A stretch of DNA of 64,000 nt, from the NCBI GenBank assembly GCA_963850905.1, contig CAWKMU010000003.1, positions 2,848,001 through 2,912,000 on the forward strand, given 5' to 3'. Below the pieces are notes generated by a model, which made no database searches, was not told the DNA's origin, and saw only the letters and a program-made list of their open reading frames with translations. A program made the position numbers and the translations under genes. The DNA comes from an uncultured Gemmatimonadales bacterium (lineage in GTDB: Bacteria > Gemmatimonadota > Gemmatimonadetes > Gemmatimonadales > Gemmatimonadaceae). Each line of letters starts with the position of its first letter. Position 1 is the stretch's first letter. Below are positions 39,138 through 50,130 of this stretch, piece by piece.

Positions 39138-40336
39138 CGACGACACACGTGATCGCCGGCGCCGTCCGGGCGCTCGGTCGCGCGGCGGCCACGGCCGCCA
39201 TCGCGCTCGCACCGGTGTTCTTGCTGGCCGTTCATGCCTCACCCCTTCGAGCCCAGGGCAATCTGAGCACGCAAGGATTCGGGTATCCGACGGGGCAGCT
39301 CAGCACGGCGTCCCTTGGGGCAGGCGGCGGCCTCGGAGAGTTCGACCCCGAGTCCGGCCTCAACCCGGCGGCCATCGCATCGTTGACCCGACCAATGATC
39401 CATCTGCAGCTGGATCCGGAGTTTCGATCGGTCAGCACGCCGGCGGGCACCGACCATACCACGACGATGCGGTTCCCTTTGCTGGCCGCCGGGTTGCCAA
39501 TCTCGTCGAGCTTCGTACTCGGTCTGTCGTTTTCCGGGCTGCTCGACCGGACGTGGGAATCGAGCCAGACGGGATTGACCGCCGTTGGTGATACCTCGAT
39601 CCTGTCGACGCAAACATTCAAGGTGACGGGGGGCATCGAGGATCTGCAGGTGGATGGCGCGTGGACGCCGTTCACTGGCCTGCGTGTCGGCGTCGGGCTG
39701 CACGCGTACACGGGACAGAACCAGATCCTGGTCGAGCGCGAGTTCCCGGACACGGCCGTGGTCAAAGCGCTCGCGTATTCGGAGAGCAGCACGATCAATT
39801 ACCTGGGTGAGGGCATTTCCATCGGCATCGATGCGCGGCCGTCCCCCTTGTTCGCGATCGCGGCGTCGGCGGAGGTCGGTGGTACGCTTCGCGCGCACCG
39901 GAACGACACCCTGTTGTCGAAGGGAAGCGTGCCCCCCCGCGTAGGGGCAAGCATTCGCTACGATGGAGTCGCCGGCCTCACGCTGGCCGCGCGGGGTGAG
40001 TGGCAGGGATGGTCGCAGCTGGGGGGGCTCGGATCGCCGATCGCCTCGCCCCACGACGCCTGGGACTTTGGGGGTGGCGCCGAGATCGTCGGGCCGAAAG
40101 TCGCGCAGCGGGGCGTGGTGCTCCGGATCGGCGCCGAAACGCGCACCTTGCCGTTCTTGGCGGACGGGGCCGTCGTACGCGAGAATGACATTACTGGCGG
40201 CTTGGGTATACCCTTAGGAGGGTTGCAGCGGGCGGCGATCGATCTGGCCGTGCGCCGGGCGCTGCGCACGACGCCGGTCCTGGGTATCTCGGAGGATGCG
40301 TGGATGTTGAGTCTGGGGGTCACCGTCAGACCCTAG
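39134..40336 (+). CDS. Outer-membrane beta-barrel protein (FadL/PorV-like pattern)
   Basis: Signal peptide ending LRA/Q; N-terminal hatch-like SLGAGG...NPAA; alternating amphipathic strands ending WMLSLGVTVRP. Confidence 0.7.
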   Translation: MTTTHVIAGAVRALGRAAATAAIALAPVFLLAVHASPLRAQGNLSTQGFGYPTGQLSTASLGAGGGLGEFDPESGLNPAAIASLTRPMIHLQLDPEFRSVSTPAGTDHTTTMRFPLLAAGLPISSSFVLGLSFSGLLDRTWESSQTGLTAVGDTSILSTQTFKVTGGIEDLQVDGAWTPFTGLRVGVGLHAYTGQNQILVEREFPDTAVVKALAYSESSTINYLGEGISIGIDARPSPLFAIAASAEVGGTLRAHRNDTLLSKGSVPPRVGASIRYDGVAGLTLAARGEWQGWSQLGGLGSPIASPHDAWDFGGGAEIVGPKVAQRGVVLRIGAETRTLPFLADGAVVRENDITGGLGIPLGGLQRAAIDLAVRRALRTTPVLGISEDAWMLSLGVTVRP

Positions 40337-41556
40337 GTGGCGCCCTCGTTGCTCCGCGCCCCGCGGGGACCGCCGCCGAGCCGGCCGGCCCGCCAGGCGG
40401 CGCCCTGATCCTCGTGGCCGACGACGTGCCGGCCAATGTCGAGTTGCTGTTCGATCAACTGCACGCGCTAGGCTACCGGACGGTTGCAGCAGAGGACGGC
40501 CCGTCGGCGCTCACCGTTGCGGCACGCTACCAGCCCGATCTCTGCATCCTCGACGTCTCGATGCCTGCGGGTGACTTGGGCTGCGAGGATCGAGCGACGG
40601 GGTTCGAGGTGTGTCGGCGGATCAAGCGCGACCCACGGACGGCTCGGATTCCCGTCGTCTTCGTGACAGCGCTCAACGACACGTCAGACAGGGTCCGCGC
40701 GATCGAAGCTGGCGGCGATGATTTTCTCACTAAGCCGCACAACCGCCTTGTCCTTGGCGCCCGCGTCCGAAGCCTGCTCAAGCTCAAAGCGGCGACCGAC
40801 GCGCTCGAAGACAGCTTCCGCAAGCTGCGCGAGCTCGAAAAGGTCCGGGATGATCTCCTCAAAATGATCGTGCACGACCTCAAGACGCCGCTCACCTCGG
40901 TGCTCGCCACCCTCGAATTGTTGCTCGATGGCGACTTCGGTCCGCTGGCCGCCACGCAGCAACAGGTCATCGCGGACGCTGAAGGCAAGGCCGAGGACCT
41001 GCTTCGGCTCATCGAGGACCTGCTCGAGATCTCGAAACTCGAGGAAGCCGAGCTCCCCCTGTCGCTCGAGCAGATCGCGCCCGCCGCACTGTTGGCTGAG
41101 GTACGTCATGAGTGGGCCGTCCGCTTTCAACAGGAGGGGACGGTGGCGACGATCGAGGTTGCGGAAGACACGCCGACGTTCGAGGCGGACAAGGCCCTGG
41201 TCAAGCGGGTATTCGCCAACCTGATCCAGAATGCCATCACGCATTCGCCGTACGCGGTCACACTCCGGTTTAGTGCTCGGCGTGACGCGTCCGGCGTCCT
41301 GTTCACGGTGGCAGACAACGGGCCCGGCATCCCGCCGGAATACCACGAGGTGATTTTCCGCAAATTCGAGCAGGTGCGGGCGCTGCACGCGCCGCGCGTG
41401 CGCAGTTCGGGGTTGGGGCTCGCTTTCTGCCGACTGGTCGTCGAACGCCACGGAGGCCACATCTGGGTGCAGAGCAGTGGAGGGACTGGGAGCGCGTTCC
41501 ATTTCCTGTTGCCGACGCAGACGCACACAGCGGAAATGCCGGCCATGACGGCGTGA
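40300..41556 (+). CDS. Soluble hybrid response regulator-histidine kinase (REC-HisKA-HATPase); start uncertain
   Basis: ILVADD, ILDVSMP, FVTA and FLTKP receiver motifs; VHDLKTP, NLIQNA, DNGPGI and GLGLAFC kinase motifs; no TM segment. Confidence 0.88.
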   Translation: MDVESGGHRQTLGGALVAPRPAGTAAEPAGPPGGALILVADDVPANVELLFDQLHALGYRTVAAEDGPSALTVAARYQPDLCILDVSMPAGDLGCEDRATGFEVCRRIKRDPRTARIPVVFVTALNDTSDRVRAIEAGGDDFLTKPHNRLVLGARVRSLLKLKAATDALEDSFRKLRELEKVRDDLLKMIVHDLKTPLTSVLATLELLLDGDFGPLAATQQQVIADAEGKAEDLLRLIEDLLEISKLEEAELPLSLEQIAPAALLAEVRHEWAVRFQQEGTVATIEVAEDTPTFEADKALVKRVFANLIQNAITHSPYAVTLRFSARRDASGVLFTVADNGPGIPPEYHEVIFRKFEQVRALHAPRVRSSGLGLAFCRLVVERHGGHIWVQSSGGTGSAFHFLLPTQTHTAEMPAMTA

Positions 41557-41588
41557 CCGGGCTCGACCCGACAGTTACATTAGCGCTG

Positions 41589-42983
41589 ATGGCCGCACCG
41601 ATCAGACCGACCGTCTACGTCGAGACGTACGGGTGCCAGATGAACGTCAGCGACTCCGAGCTCATGCTCGGCTCGCTGAGCGCCTGCGGCTACGAGCCGG
41701 TGGCTCGGCCCGATGGCGCGGACGTCATCCTGGTCAATACCTGCGCGATTCGCGACCACGCCGAACAGCGCGTGATCGGGCGACTGGGTGAGCTGCGACG
41801 CCATATGCACCGCGATACGATCCTGGGTGTCACCGGGTGCATGGCGCAGCGCCTCGGCGCGGATCTGCTCGCTCGCGCGAGCCATGTCAGCTTTGTCGTC
41901 GGGCCCGACGGCTACCGCGCCTTGCCCGCGCTGATCGATCGAGCGCGGGCCGGTGGCCGGAGCGTCGAGACGACATTCGACGCAACGGAGCATTACGAGG
42001 ATTTCCGCCCTCGCCGACTCGCGGGGGTCAAGGCGTGGATTCCGGTGCAGCGCGGCTGCGACTACCGCTGCACCTATTGCATCGTGCCGACGACGCGCGG
42101 TCCCGAGCGGAGCCGACCGCTCGCCGACGTCGTTCGGGAGACGGAGCAGGCCGTGGCTGATGGGCTGACGGAGGCTGTGCTGCTCGGGCAGACGGTGAAT
42201 TCGTACAACGACGGCACGTACGACTTCGCCGACCTGCTCCGCGCCGTCGGTGCGGTCGCCGGACTCCGCCGGCTCCGCTTCACCAGCCCGCATCCAAACG
42301 ACTTCAGCGATCGCGTGCTGGAGGCGATGGCGGCCACGCCCGCCGTGTGCGAACACGTGCACCTCCCGATGCAGTCCGGATCGACTCGTACCCTCCGGCG
42401 CATGCTGCGCCGCTACACGCGCGAGGAGTATCTGCACTGCGTCGATCGCGTGCGGGACGCGATTCCGGGCGTCGCCCTCACGACGGATGTGATCGTCGGC
42501 TTTCCGGGAGAGACTGACGCCGATTTCGCCGATACGCTGTCGGCGGTCGAGTGCGTGGGTTTCGATGACGCGTATACGTTCAAGTTCTCGCCGCGCGCGG
42601 GCACGGCCGCGACGCGCTTCCCGCCCAGTGACACGGTGGGCGATGCGGAAGTCAGTGAACGGCTCGCGTCGTTGATCGCGACCGTCCGGCGTGGGGCTCG
42701 CGCGCGCAACATGCAGCTCCTCGGGACGCAGCACGAGGTCCTCGTGGAGAAGCCAGCGAAACGCGGAGAGGCTCTGCAGGCTCGAACGCGGGATTTCAAG
42801 ACGGTGCTCCTGCCGACTGCGGAGGCACAGGTTGGTCGGTACTATTCGGTGCGCCTCACCGGGACGACAGGATCCACCTTTACCGGGACGGTGATCGGCG
42901 ACGCCGATGCGCGGCCGGAGGTACGCCGGCGACGGGGTCGTGAGCTACCCATGACATCCGGCGCTGCCGCCGGGACGGAGTGA
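41589..42983 (+). CDS. miaB: tRNA-2-methylthio-N6-dimethylallyladenosine synthase MiaB
   Basis: TYGCQMNVSDSE, NTCAIR, GCMAQ, radical SAM GCDYRCTYCIVP, LLGQTVNSY, HLPMQSG and a TRAM-like end. Confidence 0.95.
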   Translation: MAAPIRPTVYVETYGCQMNVSDSELMLGSLSACGYEPVARPDGADVILVNTCAIRDHAEQRVIGRLGELRRHMHRDTILGVTGCMAQRLGADLLARASHVSFVVGPDGYRALPALIDRARAGGRSVETTFDATEHYEDFRPRRLAGVKAWIPVQRGCDYRCTYCIVPTTRGPERSRPLADVVRETEQAVADGLTEAVLLGQTVNSYNDGTYDFADLLRAVGAVAGLRRLRFTSPHPNDFSDRVLEAMAATPAVCEHVHLPMQSGSTRTLRRMLRRYTREEYLHCVDRVRDAIPGVALTTDVIVGFPGETDADFADTLSAVECVGFDDAYTFKFSPRAGTAATRFPPSDTVGDAEVSERLASLIATVRRGARARNMQLLGTQHEVLVEKPAKRGEALQARTRDFKTVLLPTAEAQVGRYYSVRLTGTTGSTFTGTVIGDADARPEVRRRRGRELPMTSGAAAGTE

Positions 42984-42989
42984 CGCGTC

Positions 42990-43280
42990 GTGCTCAATGC
43001 ACTGGAGGAAGCGGTCCGCGCTACGTACGACTCACTGCGATCGGCAGAGCCCGCGTTCTGCGGCTGCCCGCGGTGCCGCGACGATGTCATGACCCTCGTC
43101 CTCAATCAGGCGCGCCCCCGCTACTTCGTGGGCGATCCACTCGGGGCCGCGGTGACGCGTGTCGCGCTCGATCGGCGGCAGATGCGAGCCGAGCTCTCCG
43201 TGATCGTATTGGACGCCATGCGACGCGTGGCACAGTCGCCCCATCACTCGCCGGAGGTGGACCGTGGTTCATCACACTGA
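42990..43280 (+). CDS. ComFB (late competence development) family protein
   Basis: N..EE.V start, [22 protein letters not shown] motif and C-terminal V...P.H match the ComFB pattern. Confidence 0.8.
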   Translation: MLNALEEAVRATYDSLRSAEPAFCGCPRCRDDVMTLVLNQARPRYFVGDPLGAAVTRVALDRRQMRAELSVIVLDAMRRVAQSPHHSPEVDRGSSH

Positions 43281-44296
43281 CGTCTCCGTCGTCACGATCG
43301 AACGGTTCATCATCGAGCAGGAAAAGCGCCACGCGCCACAGGCGACAGGGGAGCTCTCGGGCATTCTCTACGACCTGGCCCTCGCGGCCAAGATGATCGC
43401 CAACAAGGTGCGGAGTGCGGGCCTCGCCGACATTCTGGGATCGACCGAGAACATCAACGTCCATGGCGAGACCCAGCAGAAACTCGACGTCATGGCCAAC
43501 GACATCATGGTGAAGGCGCTCGACCATGGCGGGCGGCTCTGTGCAATGGCGTCGGAGGAGGAACCCGAGATCATTCCGATCCCGGAGGGATTCCGGACAG
43601 GGAAGTACTGCCTCCTGTTCGATCCGCTGGATGGGTCATCGAACATCGATGTGAACGTACCCGTCGGGACGATCTTTTCGGTGCTCAAGAAGATCAGCCC
43701 GGGACCACGCGGCGAGTTGAGCGACATGCTGCAGGTGGGCCGCCGCCAGGTCGCAGCGGGGTACGTCATCTACGGGTCGAGCACCATGCTGGTCTACACG
43801 ACCGGGCAGGGCGTGCACGGCTTCACACTCGATCCGTCCATCGGCGAGTTTCTGCTCTCGCATCCGGACATGCGCACCCCGCGGCGTGGCCGCTACCTCT
43901 CGGTCAACGACGCCTACGGCGCCGACTGGGATGAAGCCGCTTCGTGGGCTCATGCGGCAGTACCGCGGACTCGAGGGCGGCCGCAAGCCGCTGAGCGTGC
44001 GTTACGTCGGGTCGCTCGTCGCGGATTTCCACCGCAACCTCCTGGGTGGAGGCCTGTTCGCCTATCCCGCCAATCGGCAGAGTCCGCGGGGCAAGCTCCG
44101 CCTGTTGTACGAGGCCAACCCTCTGGCGTTCATCGCCGAGCAGGCCGGCGGCGCCGCTATCGACGGCATCACGCCGGTCCTCGACATCGTACCCACGGAG
44201 CTGCATCAGCGGACGCCGCTCTTCATCGGGAGTGCCGACGACGTGGCCCTCGCCCGCGCGGCCTTGGCGCCACAGATGGCCGGCGCCGGCGTGTGA
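43264..44296 (+). CDS. fbp: Class 1 fructose-1,6-bisphosphatase (+1 frameshift near 43940)
   Basis: [23 protein letters not shown] and AAGYVIYG; continues as [12 protein letters not shown] and [11 protein letters not shown]. Confidence 0.94.
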
Positions 44297-45947
44297 CCGC
44301 GCCGCCGGCGCGCCGCGCCCGCACCGAAGGGCCGCCGGACCGGGACCAGGAGAACACGGAGCGCACATCGCCGTCCGGGATCCCCATCGCGGCAGTCTAC
44401 CGGCCGGCGGATGGCGTCACGGACTACGCGACGGCGCTGGCGGATCCCGGCCGCTTCCCGTTCACGCGCGGCATCCAACCGACGATGTATCGCGGGCCGC
44501 CTCTGGACCATGCGGCAGTACGCCGGCTTCGGCACGGCGGCGGAGACGAACGCGCGCTTCCACCACCTGCTGGCAGCGGGCCAGACCGGGCTCTCCGTCG
44601 CCTTCGATCTGCCGACGCAGATGGGTATCGATTCCGATGCCCCGCGTGCCGCCGGCGAAGTCGGACGGGTGGGTGTCGCGATCGACACCGTCGAGGACAT
44701 GCACACGCTCCTGCAGGGCATCCCGCTCGACCGCGTGTCGACCTCGATGACCATCAACGCGACGGCGTCGACACTGCTCGCGATGTATCTCGTCGTCGCC
44801 GAAGAGCGTGGCATCCCATGGACCGCCCTGAGCGGGACGGTGCAGAACGACATTCTCAAGGAGTACATCGCGCGCGGTACCTACATCTATCCGCCTGGGC
44901 CCAGCCTGGCCCTGGTCGCGGAGATGTTTCGCTTCTGTGCCGACCACGTGCCGGGCTGGAACCCGATCTCGATCTCCGGCTATCACATCCGCGAAGCCGG
45001 CGCGACCGCCGTGCAGGAGTTGGCCTTCACCTTCGCGAACGCGCATCGCGTACATCCGGCGCGCCGTCACAGCCGGCATCGACGTCGAGCGCTTTGCGCC
45101 GCGCCTGTCGTTCTTCTTTGCTGCACACAACGATCTCTTCGAGGAAGTGGCCAAGTTCCGCGCGGCGCGGCGCCTGTACGCGCGCATGCTGCGAGACGAA
45201 TTTGGCGCGTCCGAGGCCAGTTGCCGACTGCGGTTCCATACGCAGACGGGCGGCGTCACGCTCACGGCGCAGCAGCCCCTCAACAACGTCGTCCGCGTCA
45301 CGGTGCAGGCGCTGGCGGCGACTCTGGGCGGGACGCAGTCGCTGCATACCAACGCGTACGACGAGGCGTTGTCGCTTCCGACGGCGGAGGCTGCCACGCT
45401 GGCCCTGCGCACGCAACAGATCGTGGCGTTCGAATCCGGCGTCGCCAACACCGTCGATCCGTTGGCCGGGAGCTACTACGTCGAGCACCTGACGAGCCAG
45501 CTGGAGACGCAGGCGCGCGAATTGGCCGCCCACGTCCAGGCAATGGGTGGCGCGGTCGCCGCCATCGAGGCTGGCTTCGTGCAGGAAGAGATCGCCCGCA
45601 GCGCGTACCAATACCAGCTGTCGGTCGAACGCGGCGAGACCCGCGTCGTCGGTGTCAATGCCTTTGGCGATGACGTGCCGCCCCCGACGATTCCCGCGCC
45701 GGACTACTCGACCCTGGAGCGTGAGCAGGTGGAACGGCTGCGCGCCATTCGTGCGCGGCGGGATCCCGTCGCCATCGATCGCTCGCTCGCGGCGCTCGCG
45801 CACTCGGCCGACGGACTGCGCGATGCCAGCGCGCCACACGCTGCCGTGCTTCCGGTGATCGTCGAAGCCGTGCGTGCTCGGGCAACGGTCGGCGAGATCT
45901 CGGACACGCTCGCTCGGGCGTGGGGCGTCTATCGGCCGCTTCGATAG
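44293..45947 (+). CDS. Methylmalonyl-CoA mutase, substrate-binding (large) subunit (+1 frameshifts near 44498 and 45044)
   Basis: [56 protein letters not shown] and ATVGEI motifs; no B12-binding DxHxxG domain. Confidence 0.9.
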
Positions 45948-45982
45948 CCTCCGGCTTCGGTCGCTGCTAAGTTACGGAGAAA

Positions 45983-46378
45983 ATGCCGACCTATGAGTAC
46001 CGGTGCCCCGACGGGCACACGTTTGAGAAGTTCTATCGCAAGATCAGCGAAGCTGAATCGAGCTTGCCGTGCCCGGTGTGCGGCCGCGTCTCGGACCGAA
46101 TCGTCTCGGGCGGCGCTGGGCTTCTGTTCAAGGGATCAGGGTTCTACATCACCGACTACGGCAAGGACGGCAAGAAGGACGAGCGCGCGGCAGCCAAGCG
46201 CACGGCCACGAGCGACTCCTCGTCCGCAGAACGCGGGTCCGGCGGGTCTGGCACCGGCGAGGGGACGGGCGCGTCTCCCGCGGGTGGATCGTCGGAGCAG
46301 GGGAAGGGCGCGGACAAGTCCTCCCCAGCGACCCCAGCGGCTTCCACCGCCAAGTCGAAGCCAGCGCGCGACGAATGA
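45983..46378 (+). CDS. FmdB family zinc-ribbon protein
   Basis: MPTYEYRC..GH.FE, CPVCG and FKGSGFYITDY motifs with a low-complexity tail. Confidence 0.9.
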   Translation: MPTYEYRCPDGHTFEKFYRKISEAESSLPCPVCGRVSDRIVSGGAGLLFKGSGFYITDYGKDGKKDERAAAKRTATSDSSSAERGSGGSGTGEGTGASPAGGSSEQGKGADKSSPATPAASTAKSKPARDE

Positions 46379-48019
46379 CGGACGCGGAGTTGCTCCGCGG
46401 CGAGCTCAAACGCGTGGCACAGGAGCTCGGCGCCGAGAACGCCCTCGAACCGATCATCGAACGCCCGCGCGACCCGGCGTTCGGGGACTGGACGACGAAC
46501 TACGCGATGGTGCTCGCACGGCCCCTGCAACGCCAGGCACGCCAACTCGCGGCCGCCATGGTCGAACGCCTCGATCTGCGACGGGCCGGGCTGCGAAGCG
46601 CTGAGGTAGCCGGGCCGGGCTTCATCAACTTCCGTGTCGATCCGAGCGCCCTGAACGCGCCACTCCTGGACATCATCCGTCGAGGCGAACGCTACGGGCA
46701 CGCGGATGGCGGCGCCAGCAACCGCGTCGTGGTGGAGTTTGTCTCTGCCAATCCGACGGGGCCGCTCCACGTCGGGCATGGCCGGCAAGCCGCGCTCGGC
46801 GATGCGATCGCGGCCCTGCTCGACCTGTACCGGCTGGGCGGTGAGTCGAGAATTCTATTACAACGACGCCGGCGCGCAGATCCAAAACCTCGCCGCGAGC
46901 GTGGCGGCACGCATCGCCGAGCTGCGGGGCCTTCCGCTCGAGATCCCTGAGGGAGGATACCACGGCGAGTATATCGCGGAAATCGCGCAGCGATACCTCG
47001 AGGCGCATCCCGGCGACCCCACGGGGTCGGATCGCGATCGCCTGCGAGAGTTCGCGGTTGCTGCGCTCCGGGAAGAGCAGGATCGGGATCTGCAGGCGTT
47101 CGGCGTGCGATTCGATACCTATTACCTGGAATCGTCTCTCTACACCGACGGGTATGTGGACGAAACCGTCGCTGCTCTCACTCGGACCGGATACGCGTAC
47201 GAGCAGGACGACGCGCTCTGGCTGCGGACCACGGACTTTGGAGACGACAAGCCTCGCGTCATGCGCAAGCGCGACGGCACGTATACGTATTTCGTTCCGG
47301 ATGTCGCATACCATGTGACGAAGTGGCGGCGAGGCTACGAACGGGCGATCAACGTCCAGGGGTCGGATCACCACAGCACGATCACGCGGGTGCGTGCGGG
47401 CCTCCAGGCACTGGGCGTCGGCATCCCGCCCGGCTATCCGGAGTATGTCCTGCATCAACTCGTCACCGTGACGCGAGGAGGCGAGGAGGTGAAAATCTCC
47501 AAACGGGCCGGAAGCTATGTCACGGTGCGCGATCTCATCGACGACGTTGGACGCGATGCAGTCCGGTACTTCTTCCTGATGCGCCGTGGCGAGTCACAAC
47601 TCAGCTTCGACATCGATCTCGCCCGGTCGCAGTCGGAGGAGAACCCGGTGTACTACGTGCAGATGGCGCATGCCCGGATGAGTGGCATCTTCCGGGTCGG
47701 AAATCGCGACCCCGAGAGCGTTCGGGGAGAGGGCGTGGAGCTGGCCTTGCTCGCCGAGCCTGAGGAGGTCACGCTGATCAAGACGCTGCTGGACTATCCT
47801 GCTCTGGTTCGCGCCGCGGCCGAGAACCTCGAGCCCCACCGGATGACGACGTACCTTCACGAGACCGCGGAGTTGGCCCACCGTTGGTATCATCGACATC
47901 ACGTGCTTGGTGAAGCGGCCGCGCTCACCGAAGCACGCCTCGTCCTTGCACGGGCGACGCAGATCGTGTTGCGCAACGGGTTGGGCATACTCGGCGTTTC
48001 AGCGCCGGAGCGCATGTGA
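46375..48019 (+). CDS. argS: Arginine--tRNA ligase (+1 frameshift near 46826)
   Basis: [25 protein letters not shown] (HIGH), YYND.G.Q, KISKRAG and [12 protein letters not shown] motifs; ends PERM. Confidence 0.96.
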
Positions 48020-48074
48020 CCCGCAACGACGCTCGAGGCATGCGTCGCCCCCACCCACACATCGGCAGCCTCAG

Positions 48075-49058
48075 ATGACCGTGCTCGTCGTCGGATCCGT
48101 CGCCCTCGATACCGTCGATACGCCCTTCGGCCACGCGGACCGCGTCATCGGCGGTTCGGCCACGTATTTCGCATCGGCTGCGTGCCACCTGACACCGGTT
48201 CAGCTGGTAGGCGTCGTGGGAGATGATTACCCCCTCGACCGGCTCGCCCCGCTCGCCGGTCGCGGCGTCGACCTGGCGGGACTCGAGCACGCACACGGAG
48301 AGTCCTTCCACTGGCGCGGGCGCTATGGCCACGATCTGAATTCCGCCCAGACCCTCGAGACCCACCTCGGCGTCTTCGCCCAGTTTCGCCCCGACATTCC
48401 CGAGACTTTTCGTCACACGCCGTACCTCTTTCTCGCCAACATCGATCCTCGCTTGCAGCTCGAGGTGCTCGCGCAAGTCGCCCGGCCGCGCCTGGTCGCG
48501 TGCGACACCATGAACTTCTGGATCGACAGCCGGCGCGATGACCTCCTCACGGTGTTGGGGCGCGTCGATCTCGTCACGCTCAACGACGGCGAGGCTCGAC
48601 AGTTGACGGGCCGGCCCAACCTCGTGCATGCGGCGCGCTGGATACTCGATCGCGGTCCGCGCGTGGTGATTATCAAGAAGGGCGAGCATGGCGCCCTGAT
48701 GTTCACGGGGCGCTCGATTTTCTTCGCGCCGGCATTTCCACTCGAATCGGTCTTCGATCCCACCGGCGCTGGCGACGCCTTCGCCGGAGGGCTCATGGGC
48801 TATCTCGCTCGCACGGGCGACTTGGGCGACGCCAACCTCCGACGCGCGGTCGCGGTGGGTTCGGTCATGGGCTCATTTGCCGTCGAGCGGTTCTCGAACG
48901 AGCGACTCGTGCAACTGACGGATCCGGAGCTCGATGAACGCTTGGCCGCCTTCCGCGAGCTTGTGGCATTCGACGTCACGGCGCCGGTGTCGGCGTCGCG
49001 GCCGCGTAGCGGCGAGCCGGGGGTCCCTGTTGGCGCACTCGGCCCCGATCCGACATGA
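48075..49058 (+). CDS. PfkB family carbohydrate/nucleoside kinase
   Basis: VGSVALD, GGSA, DTMNFWI, KKGEHG and DPTGAGDAFAGG motifs. Confidence 0.92.
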   Translation: MTVLVVGSVALDTVDTPFGHADRVIGGSATYFASAACHLTPVQLVGVVGDDYPLDRLAPLAGRGVDLAGLEHAHGESFHWRGRYGHDLNSAQTLETHLGVFAQFRPDIPETFRHTPYLFLANIDPRLQLEVLAQVARPRLVACDTMNFWIDSRRDDLLTVLGRVDLVTLNDGEARQLTGRPNLVHAARWILDRGPRVVIIKKGEHGALMFTGRSIFFAPAFPLESVFDPTGAGDAFAGGLMGYLARTGDLGDANLRRAVAVGSVMGSFAVERFSNERLVQLTDPELDERLAAFRELVAFDVTAPVSASRPRSGEPGVPVGALGPDPT

Positions 49059-50122
49059 CCGCACCCGAGGGCCCTGCATCGCCTCAGACCCCACTCGACT
49101 ATCGCGCCGCCGGCGTTGATATCGAGGTCGCCGACTCGGCCAAGGCTCGCATGCGCGCCCTCGTCGAGTCGACCTTTACGCCGCTCGTCCGTGGGGGCTT
49201 CGGGGGCTTCGGTGGCCTGTTTCATGTGCCACCGGGCGCTGAGCGGTCGCTCCTGGTCGCGAGCGCCGACGGCGTGGGGACCAAGGTCAAGCTGGCCATC
49301 GAGGCGGGGCGACACAACACGATCGGGCACGACCTCGTGAACCACTGTGTCAACGACATCCTCGCTCAGGGTGCCTCGCCGCTCTTCTTTCTCGATTACG
49401 TCGCCTTCGGTCGCCTCGATCCCGATATCGCCGCCGCCGTCGTTGCCGGCGTGGCGGCTGGGTGCAAGGAAAATGGGTGCGCCCTGATTGGCGGTGAGAC
49501 GGCCGAGATGCCGGGCCTCTACACACCCCCGGACTACGACCTGGCCGGTTTCATCGTCGGGATCGTCGACGAAACGCACCTGCTCGGCCCCTCCCGCGTA
49601 CGCCCCGATGACGGCGTCATTGCTCTCGCGTCGAGCGGTCTCCACACCAATGGGTATTCGTTGGCGAGGCGGATCATCGCGGACCGCCTGCACCTGAGCG
49701 TGCATGATCGGTTCCCCGGGATGCAGGACAGCGTTGCGGACGTACTGCTCCGGGTGCACCGCTCCTACCTGAGCGCCGTCCGCCCAGTTCTGGGCGACAT
49801 CCATGCGATGGCGCACATCACGGGCGGAGGTCTGCCCGGCAACGTCCCGCGTGCCCTGCCTGCGACGGCTGATGCCGTTTTGAATCGATCCAGCTGGGCG
49901 CCGCCGCCGGAGTTTGCCGTTTTGGCAGATGCGGGCGGTATCAGCAGCGAAGAGATGTTTCGCGCCTTCAACATGGGTGTCGGGATGGTCGTGATCTGCG
50001 CGCCCGCCGCGGTCGGCCGCGTCTTGGAGAGCGCGCGAGCCGCCGGCGTGGACGCGTGGCAACTCGGGCAAATCGTTCGCGGAGAAGGGCGGGTCATCCT
50101 CAACGAGTCCAACCAAGGTTAA
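49055..50122 (+). CDS. purM: Phosphoribosylformylglycinamidine cyclo-ligase PurM
   Basis: YRAAGVDI, DGVGTK, VND, GGETAEMP, SSGLHTNG, HITGGG and FNMG motifs. Confidence 0.96.
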   Translation: MTAPEGPASPQTPLDYRAAGVDIEVADSAKARMRALVESTFTPLVRGGFGGFGGLFHVPPGAERSLLVASADGVGTKVKLAIEAGRHNTIGHDLVNHCVNDILAQGASPLFFLDYVAFGRLDPDIAAAVVAGVAAGCKENGCALIGGETAEMPGLYTPPDYDLAGFIVGIVDETHLLGPSRVRPDDGVIALASSGLHTNGYSLARRIIADRLHLSVHDRFPGMQDSVADVLLRVHRSYLSAVRPVLGDIHAMAHITGGGLPGNVPRALPATADAVLNRSSWAPPPEFAVLADAGGISSEEMFRAFNMGVGMVVICAPAAVGRVLESARAAGVDAWQLGQIVRGEGRVILNESNQG

Positions 50123-50130
50123 GGTGTAAC

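Noticed and set aside
43264..45492. 742-aa FBPase-mutase fusion ORF
   Set aside because: It is a frameshift artefact: the FBPase C-terminal motifs and most mutase motifs are in other frames.
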